A stretch of 64,000 nucleotides of DNA, taken from contig JBEKKK010000001.1 of NCBI GenBank assembly GCA_050010755.1, positions 1,024,001 to 1,088,000 of the forward strand, in the 5' to 3' direction. Both the position numbers and the translations under genes were made by a program. The stretch's first letter is position 1. The number at the start of each line of letters is the position of its first letter. Shown here one piece after another: positions 18,625 through 27,703 of this stretch. The notes beneath the pieces were generated by a model. The model made no database searches. It was given only the letters and a program-made list of their open reading frames with translations, and was not told the DNA's origin. This DNA is from Candidatus Bathyarchaeia archaeon (GTDB taxonomy: Archaea; Thermoproteota; Bathyarchaeia; Bathyarchaeales; Bathycorpusculaceae).

Positions 18625-18864
18625 TCTCCACAGTGGTGACAGTTAACTCTCCAAGAATGTATATGCTTTTTCTCTAAAGGATGCATGCGAGTTCCCAAAA
18701 TGGCCAAGAATGGCCATGATTCCAATCTCCGTGCTTGAGAAAACGGCTGCTCAAAGAGACAAAGCGCGCGGAGCGATTTGACCTATGATGCAGAATATAG
18801 GAAACGTGGAACATTACAGATCGAAAAAGTGCGACCGAGTTTCCAAACCTGATGAATTTAATGT

Positions 18865-19179
18865 CTAGATAGATTCATGTTCGCCCAGGGTGTGATGCCC
18901 CACATCTAAGCCTTCTTTCTCACAAAATTCCAGGATTTTTGACACGGCTCTCATGTCAATTTCTTTTATCTTTTCTTCCTCGGGTCCAACCACTTCGACT
19001 ATTAGGCCCAGTCCTCCAACTCCACAACACGAGTAGACATTCTTGTAGATTCTCACATCATATTCTGATGGGAGCTTCATTCCTTTGACAGCTTCTTTCA
19101 CCTTGTCGATCAAGAAATCGACTTGGCTCGGCTGTGTTGCTTTGATGAAGTGAACCTCCCTGCAGCCCATCTTGGGCAT
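18865..19179 (-). CDS. Hypothetical protein with CCGVGG motif
   Basis: ATG abuts upstream stop (TAGATG); typical codon usage. Confidence 0.75.
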   Translation of the reverse strand: MPKMGCREVHFIKATQPSQVDFLIDKVKEAVKGMKLPSEYDVRIYKNVYSCCGVGGLGLIVEVVGPEEEKIKEIDMRAVSKILEFCEKEGLDVGHHTLGEHESI

Positions 19180-19416
19180 CTAGATCCCCTTGAAAGCTAT
19201 CAAGGTTGCAGTCTCCTTTATCCCGGGGATTCTGCGGATTTGCTCAAAGATGAACTTGTCAAGCTCCTCCATCTTTTCAAAAGAAACTTCAACATGCAAG
19301 TCATACAAACCGTAAGTCGGAATGGCTTGCTTAACTCCTGCTATTTTCTTGACCTCTTTCAGGACATGTTGATCTTGTCCTGCTTCGACTTTTGCCAGCA
19401 CATATGCGATCGTCAA
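19180..19416 (-). CDS. Stand-alone Lrp/AsnC ligand-binding domain
   Basis: TYGLYDL, IRRIPGIKETATLI. Confidence 0.88.
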   Translation of the reverse strand: MTIAYVLAKVEAGQDQHVLKEVKKIAGVKQAIPTYGLYDLHVEVSFEKMEELDKFIFEQIRRIPGIKETATLIAFKGI

Positions 19417-19542
19417 GTTCCAAACCCCTTTTCTACACTTTACGTTTCTGGTTAATCAACTTTTCTGGTATGAAACCATAATGAACCAGAAGTCTCATTG
19501 GTCAGCAAGATTCAGGATGAATTTCCTTTCTTCAACGCGTTC

Positions 19543-20106
19543 TTAGAGCAATTCTCCTTTGTAATGAACAGTGGCAGGACAGCCCAGGCACCTGTCACTT
19601 GCGTACAAAGTGCAACTCCCACAATCTGCACTGCAGGGCGTGGTTTTTTGCTTGTCAACACTAGGTCTTATCTGTATCACGAAAGGCCGAACAGGCGTAA
19701 CTATCAGGTCGAGTTCCGTATCCTTCACGAGAGGATTCTGCCTCAGGTGTGAGTCCACACAAGACATTATGGATCTGATGTTTTCGCCTACGAGCATAAC
19801 GGTTAAGTTGTTTTTTCCAGAAGTCAAGAAACTGTTAAGATAAATTGGGCATCCTTCAAGGGACTTCAGAAATTGTTCAACGTGGTTCGTTGCAACGTCA
19901 AGATTGGCGAGAAAGAGCTGAGCTTTCTTAACGTCAGTTCCTACTATGTGAGCCAATGCTCCTCTTTCCTCAAGCTTGCGTATTCTCGAACTCACTGCAG
20001 GTTGTGAAACCTTCAACTGTTTCGCAAGTTCGACTTGAGAAACCTCAGGATTCTGAGACAGCAAGGACATAATCTTCCTGTCTGTATTATCCAGCTTGCC
20101 CGTCAA
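19543..20106 (-). CDS. Lrp/AsnC transcription factor with C-terminal Cys cluster
   Basis: LDNTDRKI...SQVELAKQL.VSQPAVSSRI HTH; PCSADCGSC...CLGCP tail. Confidence 0.88.
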   Translation of the reverse strand: MTGKLDNTDRKIMSLLSQNPEVSQVELAKQLKVSQPAVSSRIRKLEERGALAHIVGTDVKKAQLFLANLDVATNHVEQFLKSLEGCPIYLNSFLTSGKNNLTVMLVGENIRSIMSCVDSHLRQNPLVKDTELDLIVTPVRPFVIQIRPSVDKQKTTPCSADCGSCTLYASDRCLGCPATVHYKGELL

Positions 20107-20281
20107 AGTCTTTTCCCTCGCAGGTCTACCAATTCAAGTCATAACGAAGTACAGTCCAATATATACGAATTGCCTCTGGAAAATAAACAGTTGGTTCAGA
20201 AGACTTTTGAAATATAATGGAAAGACTTATAGCATATTTCTACAATACTCTATGTGTAGGTTCATAAGGGGCTGTATTAAA

Positions 20282-20656
20282 ATGAACGAGAATGAGTCTT
20301 GGGAAAGCAAGTGTTGCCGTTGTGAGGGAGATACTAACTTGAATCTAACCCCGGGAAAAAGAGCTTGCCATCTCACTTGTGGTCCTTGCCTTTACCCAGA
20401 AGATTGGGGTAAATGTGCCTCATGCGAAATCGTTGGACACTGCGCGTATGCGTTGGCTCATCTGAAAAGCCTGAAGGGTAACGGCATCCAGAAGGGTTGC
20501 TTTTTTGACCAGCAGCTTACGGGAGAAGAATCAATCTATCACACGATGAACTTTGTAAACGGGCAGCAGCAAATCATGAAAACAGCTGGTGAAAAAGCGT
20601 ATCTAGAGAGTTTGAAAAAAGCAAACGCCAAGAGCACATGTCTGCAAGCACCCTGA
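20282..20656 (+). CDS. Cys-rich hypothetical protein
   Basis: ATG 20282; CCRC, CxxxCxxC and CxxCx5C motifs; divergent from Lrp gene. Confidence 0.6.
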   Translation: MNENESWESKCCRCEGDTNLNLTPGKRACHLTCGPCLYPEDWGKCASCEIVGHCAYALAHLKSLKGNGIQKGCFFDQQLTGEESIYHTMNFVNGQQQIMKTAGEKAYLESLKKANAKSTCLQAP

Positions 20657-20859
20657 CCTCACCTTTTCCGGCGTTCCGATCTTCTACGTGATTTTATTAG
20701 CAAATAGGGGTTGCGCGGGTCGTTTCGTTGAATTAACGGAGTTTCTAGGTTATTTTTTCGCGCGCGCTTTTTGGCAGCTGTAGGGCTTCGGTTGCCCAGC
20801 TCATGGAGGTGCTTCTAGAACATTCTTCTAAATATTCTGTTCAGAAGATCCATTGCCTC

Positions 20860-21249
20860 TTATTTTCTTTCGATAAGTTCTATCAGAGTTCCATCCGGAT
20901 CCTCGATAAAGGCTATGAGCGGACCCGCGGGTCCAAGCGTGTACGGTTCATCTGTAATCGTGATTTTTTCGCTTCGCAACTTTGAGATGGTTTTGTTCAT
21001 GTCCTTAATCTCAAACGCGATATGATCAAACAAGCGATTCTGATATTCTGCTTGAATAAACTTCTTCTGGTCACGATAGTGAGTCAGCTCGAGTTTGGCG
21101 CCTTTTCCCTTAGGATCCTGCAGAAAAGCTATTTCAGCGTTGGTCTGCTTTATCTCACGCCGACTCAGAAGCTTTAACCCCATCAACCGCGTGTAGAAGT
21201 CAATCGACCTGTCCATATTTGATGCCCTAATACTCGTGTGTGTGAACAT
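20860..21249 (-). CDS. VOC/glyoxalase I family protein
   Basis: HTSIR...SIDFYT, LELT, DHIAF, FIEDPDGTLIELIE. Confidence 0.9.
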   Translation of the reverse strand: MFTHTSIRASNMDRSIDFYTRLMGLKLLSRREIKQTNAEIAFLQDPKGKGAKLELTHYRDQKKFIQAEYQNRLFDHIAFEIKDMNKTISKLRSEKITITDEPYTLGPAGPLIAFIEDPDGTLIELIERK

Positions 21250-21472
21250 TCTCAGCAATCCTTCCACTTGTTTAATGGGCATTCTCGGAATAAAGGATTA
21301 ACCCTTCGCAAATGAGCAAAATGGGCGGCAATGTCCCTTTACCTGATATTCGCGGGGCTGAAGAGCCAAGTGTGTGCTGTGGCTTCTATTCTAGGAAGAA
21401 AAGGTTAGTATCAATACATAAACCTTTAATTTTCCCATCTCAAGACAACGAGGGTGAAAGAAGGTTGCAGCG

Positions 21473-24274
21473 TTGGTTACCTTGAATCTTGGCAAGATTT
21501 TCAACCCAAAAAGCGTCGCCGTCATAGGAGCAAGTGATGAAGAAGGCTCAGTCGGCTACGCTTTGATAAAAAATTTCACAGAATCAGGTTTTGCAGGTCA
21601 TGTTTTTCCGGTTAATCTCAAGAAAGCCGAGATCTTAGGCCTAAAGGCATACCAAAGCGTTGAACAAGTTCCTGAACCCTTAGACCTTGCCGTAATTGCC
21701 ACGCCAGCGAGAACCGTGCCCGATGTGCTCGAACAGTGTGGGAAAGTTGGGATAACGGGCATAATCATAATCTCGGCCGGCTTCAAAGAAATAGGGCCAG
21801 AAGGCAGGGCGCTTGAGGAGAAAATAACTGAGATTAAAAAGAAATATAACATGCGCATCGTCGGACCAAACTGCTTGGGCGTGATTCGCCCAATGCTGCA
21901 CTTGAACGCGACGTTCATCAGCAAGATGCCGAAGCCGGGAAACATAGCGTTCATTTCTCAAAGCGGCGCTCTAGGCTCCGCAATCCTCGACTGGGCGATG
22001 CATGAAAACATAGGCTTCAGCAACTTCATATCCTTGGGGTCGATGATAGACGTGGATTTTGGAGATCTTATAGACTATTTCGGCACCGATCCCAAGACAA
22101 AAAGCATCCTCATGTACATTGAAGGAATAACAGACGCGAGAAAGTTCATGAGTGCAGCAAGACACTTTGCCAGGACAAAACCGATAATCGTTGTTAAGGC
22201 TGGAAAATTCAGTGAAAGCGCGAAAGCCGCTGCTTCGCACACCGGTTCGCTCACCGGCGAAGACATGATTTACGACAAGGCATTCAAACGGGCGGGCATG
22301 GTTAGAGTAGAAGAAATCGCTGATCTTTTCAATTGCGCCGCAGTCCTGGGAATGCAGCCCATTCCCCGCGGTCCCAATCTTGCCATAATCACAAACGCCG
22401 GCGGCCCAGGAGTCATGGCAACCGACGCCTTGATCGCTCAAGGAGGAACACTTGCAAAGCTCAGCGATAAGACGATGGAGACGCTCAATAGTATTTTGCC
22501 TCATTTCTGGAGCAGGGGAAACCCGATTGACATCCTCGGAGACGCCAAGGCCGACAGGTACAGGGCAGTGGTTGAGGCTTGTCTAAACGACGACAATGTG
22601 GATGGAATAGTAATAATATACACAGCCCAAGCCGTGGCAGAACCAGTAGAAGTGGCCAAGAGTCTCGCAGAGCTGATTCGAGCCCGAACTTATCAAAACA
22701 AGACAATACTGACTTCGTTCATGGGCTTTGGAGCTGTGGAGGAAGCCAACCGCATATTCGTCGACAACAACATTCCAACATATTCCACACCCGAGCAGGC
22801 GATCAAGACATACCAATTCATGCACCAGTATAAGCGCAATCTTGAATTGCTCTATGAAACGCCAGAAGAACTCCCAACGGACGTTGTGCCGCCAAAACGA
22901 CCGCTTCTGACCGTTTTGAGAAACGTTGCGGCTGAAAACCGCGAGATACTCACCGAAGTCGAAGCCAAAACCTTCTTGGAATATTACAACTTTCCAGTTG
23001 TAAGAACAAGAACAGCAACGACAGAAAACGACGCTGCCCTGTTGGCTTCCCAGCTTGGCTATCCTGTCGTTTTGAAGATTCTTTCTCCTCAGATCACGCA
23101 CAAGAGCGATGCAGGCGGCGTCGCGTTGGACTTAACAAACGAAAACGAAGTGCGAGAAGCGTTCAAAGAAATAATGCAGAGAGCAAAGCAGTACAACCCA
23201 GATGCTGATATTTTGGGTGTGACCGTTCAGCCGATGATTAAGAGGCAGGGCTACGAAGTGATAATTGGAGCCAAGGCCGACCCTTTGTTCGGCCCGGTCA
23301 TACTTTTCGGGATGGGAGGAGTCGGCGTGGAACTCTTCGAGGACTTTGCCATAGGAATCCCTCCGTTGAATCAGACTCTGGTGAGAAGGATGATAGAAGA
23401 AACCAAGATTTATCAGCTTCTGAAAGGGTACAGAAATGAGCCTCCCGCTAACGTCAAGCTCCTGGAGGAGATATTGGTTCGGTTCAGCCAGATGCTCGTT
23501 GATTTTCCTCAACTGAAAGAAGTTGACATCAACCCTCTTTTTATAAACGAAAAAGAAGCGTTCGCCTTCGACGCACGCATCGTGATTGATCCAAAGAAAG
23601 TTTTCAAAAAGTTTGAGCCTCATGAACACCTCGTCGTAACCCCGTATCCAACAAAATACGAAACCTTGTGGAGGCTCCGAGACGGAAGAACTGTCATACT
23701 CAGGCCGATAAAGCCCGAGGACGAACCGTTGTGGCTGGAAATGTTCCAAAACTTCTCAGAGGAGTCAATACGCTATAGGTTCTTCCAGATACTCAAGGAT
23801 ACACCGCATGAGACCAGAGTCCGCTATTGCAACATAGACTACGACCGGGAAATAGCCATAGTCGCGGAACTGACCGAAGAAGGACGAAAGAGAATCCTCG
23901 GCGTGGCCCGAGTGAGCATAGAACCTGACGGAAAAACGGGGGAAATCGCCTTCATCGTCGCAGATCCTTGGCAGGGTCTGGGACTGGGAACGAAGCTAGT
24001 GGATTATGTGCTTGAAATCTGCGCAGACATGAAACTCGAAACAATCTACGCCATAATGCTCGCTGACAACTACAGGGCAATGGGCCTCATGAAAAAAATG
24101 GGTTTTACGGTCAAGTACATGGACGACGGAACTGTAAAAGGGACGCTGGACTTGAGAGAAGAAGAGGCCAAATGCGCAGAACCAAAAATGGCCGAAGAGA
24201 ACCGAATCCAGAACCAAACAGAAACGCAAATGGAATCTAAACAACATAGAGAAGCAGAACCTATACCAAGTTGA
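21473..24274 (+). CDS. ADP-forming acyl-CoA synthetase (alpha-beta fusion) with C-terminal GNAT (Pat-like)
   Basis: VAVIGAS, GPNCLG, SQSGA, SHTGSL, NAGGPG, HKSDAGGV, DINP; GNAT WQGLGLG. Confidence 0.92.
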   Translation: MVTLNLGKIFNPKSVAVIGASDEEGSVGYALIKNFTESGFAGHVFPVNLKKAEILGLKAYQSVEQVPEPLDLAVIATPARTVPDVLEQCGKVGITGIIIISAGFKEIGPEGRALEEKITEIKKKYNMRIVGPNCLGVIRPMLHLNATFISKMPKPGNIAFISQSGALGSAILDWAMHENIGFSNFISLGSMIDVDFGDLIDYFGTDPKTKSILMYIEGITDARKFMSAARHFARTKPIIVVKAGKFSESAKAAASHTGSLTGEDMIYDKAFKRAGMVRVEEIADLFNCAAVLGMQPIPRGPNLAIITNAGGPGVMATDALIAQGGTLAKLSDKTMETLNSILPHFWSRGNPIDILGDAKADRYRAVVEACLNDDNVDGIVIIYTAQAVAEPVEVAKSLAELIRARTYQNKTILTSFMGFGAVEEANRIFVDNNIPTYSTPEQAIKTYQFMHQYKRNLELLYETPEELPTDVVPPKRPLLTVLRNVAAENREILTEVEAKTFLEYYNFPVVRTRTATTENDAALLASQLGYPVVLKILSPQITHKSDAGGVALDLTNENEVREAFKEIMQRAKQYNPDADILGVTVQPMIKRQGYEVIIGAKADPLFGPVILFGMGGVGVELFEDFAIGIPPLNQTLVRRMIEETKIYQLLKGYRNEPPANVKLLEEILVRFSQMLVDFPQLKEVDINPLFINEKEAFAFDARIVIDPKKVFKKFEPHEHLVVTPYPTKYETLWRLRDGRTVILRPIKPEDEPLWLEMFQNFSEESIRYRFFQILKDTPHETRVRYCNIDYDREIAIVAELTEEGRKRILGVARVSIEPDGKTGEIAFIVADPWQGLGLGTKLVDYVLEICADMKLETIYAIMLADNYRAMGLMKKMGFTVKYMDDGTVKGTLDLREEEAKCAEPKMAEENRIQNQTETQMESKQHREAEPIPS

Positions 24275-24502
24275 CCGACAACCCTGGTGTTTTTCCTAAA
24301 ACTCATTCTAATGTCCTTTCGATACGGGTAGAGTGTCAATCTTGGTCGGTTTTCATCGTGCTCTCGTTTAGAAGCGTCCAGTCTACCTGTTTCGATTAGC
24401 GTTCAAGTTATGTACCATTCTTTGAGGAGTCAAGGAAAAACTCTAAATAACTCAGACTTAATGCACATTTAGCTCAAAATCGAAGAAAGGGAGGGCCTGT
24501 GA

Positions 24503-25093
24503 ATGTCTGAATGGAAAACAATTAGCATCAGACAGGAACTCATAAAAGAAATCGAAAAAATCATCAAAACAGGCCGTTACCGAAGCATCTCAGAATTTGT
24601 GTCAGAAGCCGTTCGCCTGCGCCTGGAAGAACTCACACGCGTGGAAGGATTCTCAACGGGCAAGACTCAGGAAACGCATTCCGCACCTGACCATTTGTTA
24701 TACACGCCGAAACACACGTGGGCTCAAACGACGGAGGATGGAAACGTACGCGTCGGCATGTCTGACTATGCTCAGAAGCGGCTCAAGGGTCTGGCCGACG
24801 TTCGAACAGATCCTATAGGAAAAGAACTTAACAAGATGGAACCGTTCGGAGTCGCAGAAACATGGATGCTGCTATTCGACCTCTATTCGCCGATAAGCGG
24901 TCAAATAGTCAAAATCAACGAAAAACTAAGGGAAAAACCCACCGTGGTCAATGAAGACCCATACGGACGAGGGTGGATCGTGGAAATCAGACCCAATAAC
25001 TCTTTGAATTTGAAGCAGGAGCTTGACGGGCTGATGGGCGCGCGTGAATACACCAAATGGGTTGACAAACTGGAGGAAAGATCGCATGAGTAA
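24503..25093 (+). CDS. Ribbon-helix-helix domain fused to glycine-cleavage H-protein-like domain lacking the lipoyl Lys
   Basis: WKTISI...YRSISEFVSEAVR (RHH); YTPKHTW, VGMSDYAQ, LYSPISG, VNEDPYGRGWI (GcvH fold); AETWM instead of AESVK. Confidence 0.85.
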   Translation: MSEWKTISIRQELIKEIEKIIKTGRYRSISEFVSEAVRLRLEELTRVEGFSTGKTQETHSAPDHLLYTPKHTWAQTTEDGNVRVGMSDYAQKRLKGLADVRTDPIGKELNKMEPFGVAETWMLLFDLYSPISGQIVKINEKLREKPTVVNEDPYGRGWIVEIRPNNSLNLKQELDGLMGAREYTKWVDKLEERSHE

Positions 25094-25137
25094 ACAGGAT
25101 TGCAAGATGACATGTCGAGCCAGGGGTCTTGACATAT

Positions 25138-25160
25138 GCTACCCTTATGCCAAGGGTGGC
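25138..25160. promoter_or_regulatory. Inverted repeat GCTACCCTT-n5-AAGGGTGGC just upstream of the TATA-like box of the hdr/mvh cluster
   Basis: 8 of 9 bp dyad; TTTAATA at about 25169-25175. Confidence 0.45.
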
Positions 25161-25221
25161 TTAGGTGCTTTAATAAGTTCGCTTTGGAATCATTATTTGA
25201 CGAGTGAAGCGAGGTTCGAGA

Positions 25222-26940
25222 ATGACGACTGAGTCTGTTACGAACGTGAAAAGAAAACTGCCGCCATGCCGTTATGCGTGTCCAGCACACGTCAACGTTC
25301 AAGCATACGTTTCTCTTATTCAAAGAGGAAAGTACAAGGAAGCTGTTGACATAATTCGAAACGACATGCCCTTCCCAGCAATCTGCGGAAGAGTGTGCTT
25401 CAGCCCATGCGAGGATGCATGTGCAAGAACTGATGTCGACCAGGCTGTGGCCATACGCGCATTAAAGAAGTTTGTAGCAGACATTGAACGCCAACAGAGG
25501 AAGGTCAAACCCAAACCAATACCCAAGAGACATCCAGAGAAAGTCGCGATCATCGGAGCAGGTCCCGCAGGCCTAACCGCGGCATACGAACTCGCGAAAC
25601 TCGGTTATCCCGTAACAGTCTATGAACGCATGGCCGAGCCAGGAGGCATGATGCGCTACTGCATACCCGATTTCCGCCTTGAAAAATTCGTCGTCGAAAA
25701 CGAAGCAAACTACATCAAAGACTTGGGCGTGGAAATCAGAACAGGCGTAGAATTTGGAAAGGACATCACGATTGAGAGTCTGCAGAAGGAAGGCTACAGG
25801 GCTGTTTTTCTGGCCATCGGCACCCAGAAAGGCATGATGCTTAATGTTCCGGGTGAAGACCTGAAAGGCGTAGTGAACGCCGTTGACTTCCTAAGGGACA
25901 TGGCCCTCGGAAAACACGTTGAAATCGGGCAAAAAGTAGCCGTTGTCGGTGGGGGAAACAGCGCGATAGACGCTGCCAGAACAGCCAAAAGAATGGGCGC
26001 AAAAGAAGTCACCCTTCTCTACAGACGTTCCCGAGAGGAAATGCCCGCCCTACCAAGCGAAGTGGAAGAAGCCGAAAAAGACGGCGTCAAAATAGAAATT
26101 CTAGTCGCACCCAAACAGATCATCGGGCAAAACGGCAAAGTCGAAGCCCTCGAATGCTTGCGAATGAAGCTGGGTGAACCCGACGAAAGCGGCAGGAGGC
26201 GTCCAGTGCCAATAGCCGGTTCTGAACACAAATACGAGGTGGACATGGTCATTCCAGCCCTGGGTCAGTTGGCAGAAGCCGCGTGTATTCCAAAGCCCTT
26301 ACAGGATGAAAAAGCAAGGATTCCAACAGTTGCCACGGATCCATTAACGCTCGAGACCAGGGTTCCAGGGGTCTTCGCTGGTGGTGACATAGCCACTGGG
26401 CCGGCAAGTATAATCGAAGCCGTGGGGCAGGGAAAACGGGCAGCCGCGTCAATTCACCTTCACCTTAGCGGACAAGACGTGCACAAGGACCGAGAGGAAA
26501 ACTTCGAAGAGGCAACATGGGCTAAGGATCTGAAGCAGATAAAGAAGAAAGAGCGTCGGTACAATCCGCTTCCAGAGAAATCCCGCACCACTTTCGAAGA
26601 AGTGCAAGACTACGTGGAAAAGCTGGAGAGAGATGCCAAGTTTGAAGCTTGCCGTTGCTTGGGTTGCGGGCCTTGCGCAGAATGTCTCGGAACCACAGAA
26701 TTGTGCGAAGGTGACAAAGCTGCCGTGGACGAAGCTCTCTGCATAGGCTGCAACGTGTGCGCCATCGTCTGTCCATTCGGAGCGGTTGAAAAGGACGAGA
26801 ACAACATCGCGCGAATAAACGAGGATCTTTGCAAGGGATGCGGACTCTGTGCCGCAAGATGCCCAGTGAGGGCGATAACGATGAAGAAAATAACCAACGA
26901 GCGCATACTAAACTTTGCCATACCAACCCTTAAGGAGTAG
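25222..26940 (+). CDS. GltD/NfnB/SudA-like NAD(P)H Fe-S flavoprotein with C-terminal 2x[4Fe-4S] domain
   Basis: PCxxACP, CGRVCxxPCExxC, GAGPAG, GGGNSA, YRRS, CIGCNVC and CKGCGLC. Confidence 0.9.
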   Translation: MTTESVTNVKRKLPPCRYACPAHVNVQAYVSLIQRGKYKEAVDIIRNDMPFPAICGRVCFSPCEDACARTDVDQAVAIRALKKFVADIERQQRKVKPKPIPKRHPEKVAIIGAGPAGLTAAYELAKLGYPVTVYERMAEPGGMMRYCIPDFRLEKFVVENEANYIKDLGVEIRTGVEFGKDITIESLQKEGYRAVFLAIGTQKGMMLNVPGEDLKGVVNAVDFLRDMALGKHVEIGQKVAVVGGGNSAIDAARTAKRMGAKEVTLLYRRSREEMPALPSEVEEAEKDGVKIEILVAPKQIIGQNGKVEALECLRMKLGEPDESGRRRPVPIAGSEHKYEVDMVIPALGQLAEAACIPKPLQDEKARIPTVATDPLTLETRVPGVFAGGDIATGPASIIEAVGQGKRAAASIHLHLSGQDVHKDREENFEEATWAKDLKQIKKKERRYNPLPEKSRTTFEEVQDYVEKLERDAKFEACRCLGCGPCAECLGTTELCEGDKAAVDEALCIGCNVCAIVCPFGAVEKDENNIARINEDLCKGCGLCAARCPVRAITMKKITNERILNFAIPTLKE

Positions 26941-26946
26941 ATATGA

Positions 26947-27702
26947 ATGACGGATAAAGAACCCAGAATTGTTTGTTTGATGTGTAACTTCGCCTTCTGC
27001 AGCAGCGAAAACCCAGTGCCATCTAACTTCAACGTGGGACGCGTAAACTGCATCGGAGAAATAGACCCGACGGTTGTTCTAGAAATATTCGAGAAAGGCG
27101 CCGATGCTGTGATGCTGGCAGGATGCAAACCGCCAGACTGTCACTTCGTTGAAGGTAACCTGCAGGCAGAACGCGCCGTAAGAATGATGAAGAAGCTTTT
27201 GGCATTGACAGGCTTGGAGCCTGAACGTCTAAACCTGCTCTGGTACTCGCCCTTTGAAGAAACGAGTTTCACGCCTTCAGCGAAAGAGTTCTCCAAGGAA
27301 ATAGAGAAACTGGGAACTTCCCCGCTGAAAAATGCAGGGCGTGAATCTATGCTTATGGTGAACCTCCTTGCTGCCAAGAACGCTGCCGGCGAGTTTCGCC
27401 TGAGAGTCCTGCTTGGCAGGGAGAAGGAACTCACCGAGGGCGTGAACGTTTACGGTGACAGACTCACACCTGAGGAATTCGACACATTGATGGATGACGT
27501 TGTTGAAGACGAATTCATCAGGTACAAGATTCACGTTCTCACAAGAACCAAGCCGCTTTCAGTCAAGGCCTTGGCGGAAGTAACCGAAATGAAGCCAGCG
27601 GCGGTTCTCAAGCAGATTGTTAACATGCGCAGAAAAAACATGATAGCTCTAGACAGCATTGAAGGAACGACACCTCTCTACAAAGCTTTGGAGATTGAAT
27701 AG
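26947..27702 (+). CDS. MvhD-like [2Fe-2S] subunit with long C-terminal extension (putative winged helix)
   Basis: MCN, RVNCIG, GAD...AGCKPPDCHF; tail LSVKALAE...VLKQIVNMRRKNMI. Confidence 0.82.
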   Translation: MTDKEPRIVCLMCNFAFCSSENPVPSNFNVGRVNCIGEIDPTVVLEIFEKGADAVMLAGCKPPDCHFVEGNLQAERAVRMMKKLLALTGLEPERLNLLWYSPFEETSFTPSAKEFSKEIEKLGTSPLKNAGRESMLMVNLLAAKNAAGEFRLRVLLGREKELTEGVNVYGDRLTPEEFDTLMDDVVEDEFIRYKIHVLTRTKPLSVKALAEVTEMKPAAVLKQIVNMRRKNMIALDSIEGTTPLYKALEIE

Positions 27703-27703
27703 A

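Noticed and set aside
19177-19182. In-frame TAG-ATG junction as pyrrolysine/readthrough fusion
   Set aside because: Both ORFs look complete, the same abutting arrangement occurs at hdrB-mvhG (TAAATG), and no pyl genes are seen.
20238-20260. TCTACA...TATGTGTAG as a third copy of the pilus motif
   Set aside because: Block order and spacing differ; could be chance.
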